A stretch of DNA of 64,000 nucleotides from the human T2T-CHM13v2.0 reference genome, Homo sapiens, in assembly GCF_009914755.1 (NCBI RefSeq), contig NC_060925.1, one strand, 5' to 3'. Shown piece by piece: positions 63,981 to 64,000 of the stretch. The notes beneath the pieces were generated by a model that worked only from the letters and a program-made list of their open reading frames with translations, ran no database searches and had not been told where the DNA came from. The position numbers and the translations under genes were made by a program. The stretch's first letter is position 1, and the number at the start of each line of letters is the position of its first letter.

Positions 63981-64000
63981 AAAGAAATGATAAATGAGGT

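Overview
Primate (very likely human, 1q24.3) genomic DNA. Bases 1-~40,600 hold nearly all of VAMP4 on the minus strand: a non-coding exon 1 in a CpG island and 7 coding exons that I spliced by hand into an intact 141-aa R-SNARE. Its long AT-rich 3' UTR probably runs off the left edge. Introns and upstream DNA are dense with Alu, L1, LTR and DNA-transposon fossils, including a nested L1M > L1PA > MER11 stack in intron 3. Upstream are two decayed, largely intron-less SLC5A (SGLT, SLC5A4-like) copies. One is fused to a degenerate acidic-repeat coding-like segment that a two-LTR ERV1 provirus has split, and the provirus carries an RBM3 processed pseudogene. The most notable observations are: (i) the probable extinct acidic-repeat/SLC5A chimeric retrogene; (ii) an L1 whose apparent target-site duplication copies the VAMP4 exon-3 splice donor; (iii) an unidentified mRNA-like sequence fused to an L1 3' end inside one TSD pair; (iv) a spliced 53-aa uORF; and (v) a tailless 5S rRNA retrocopy. 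No bacterial-type features (CRISPR etc.) are present. Repeat subfamily names come from recalled consensus sequences and repeat boundaries are approximate.
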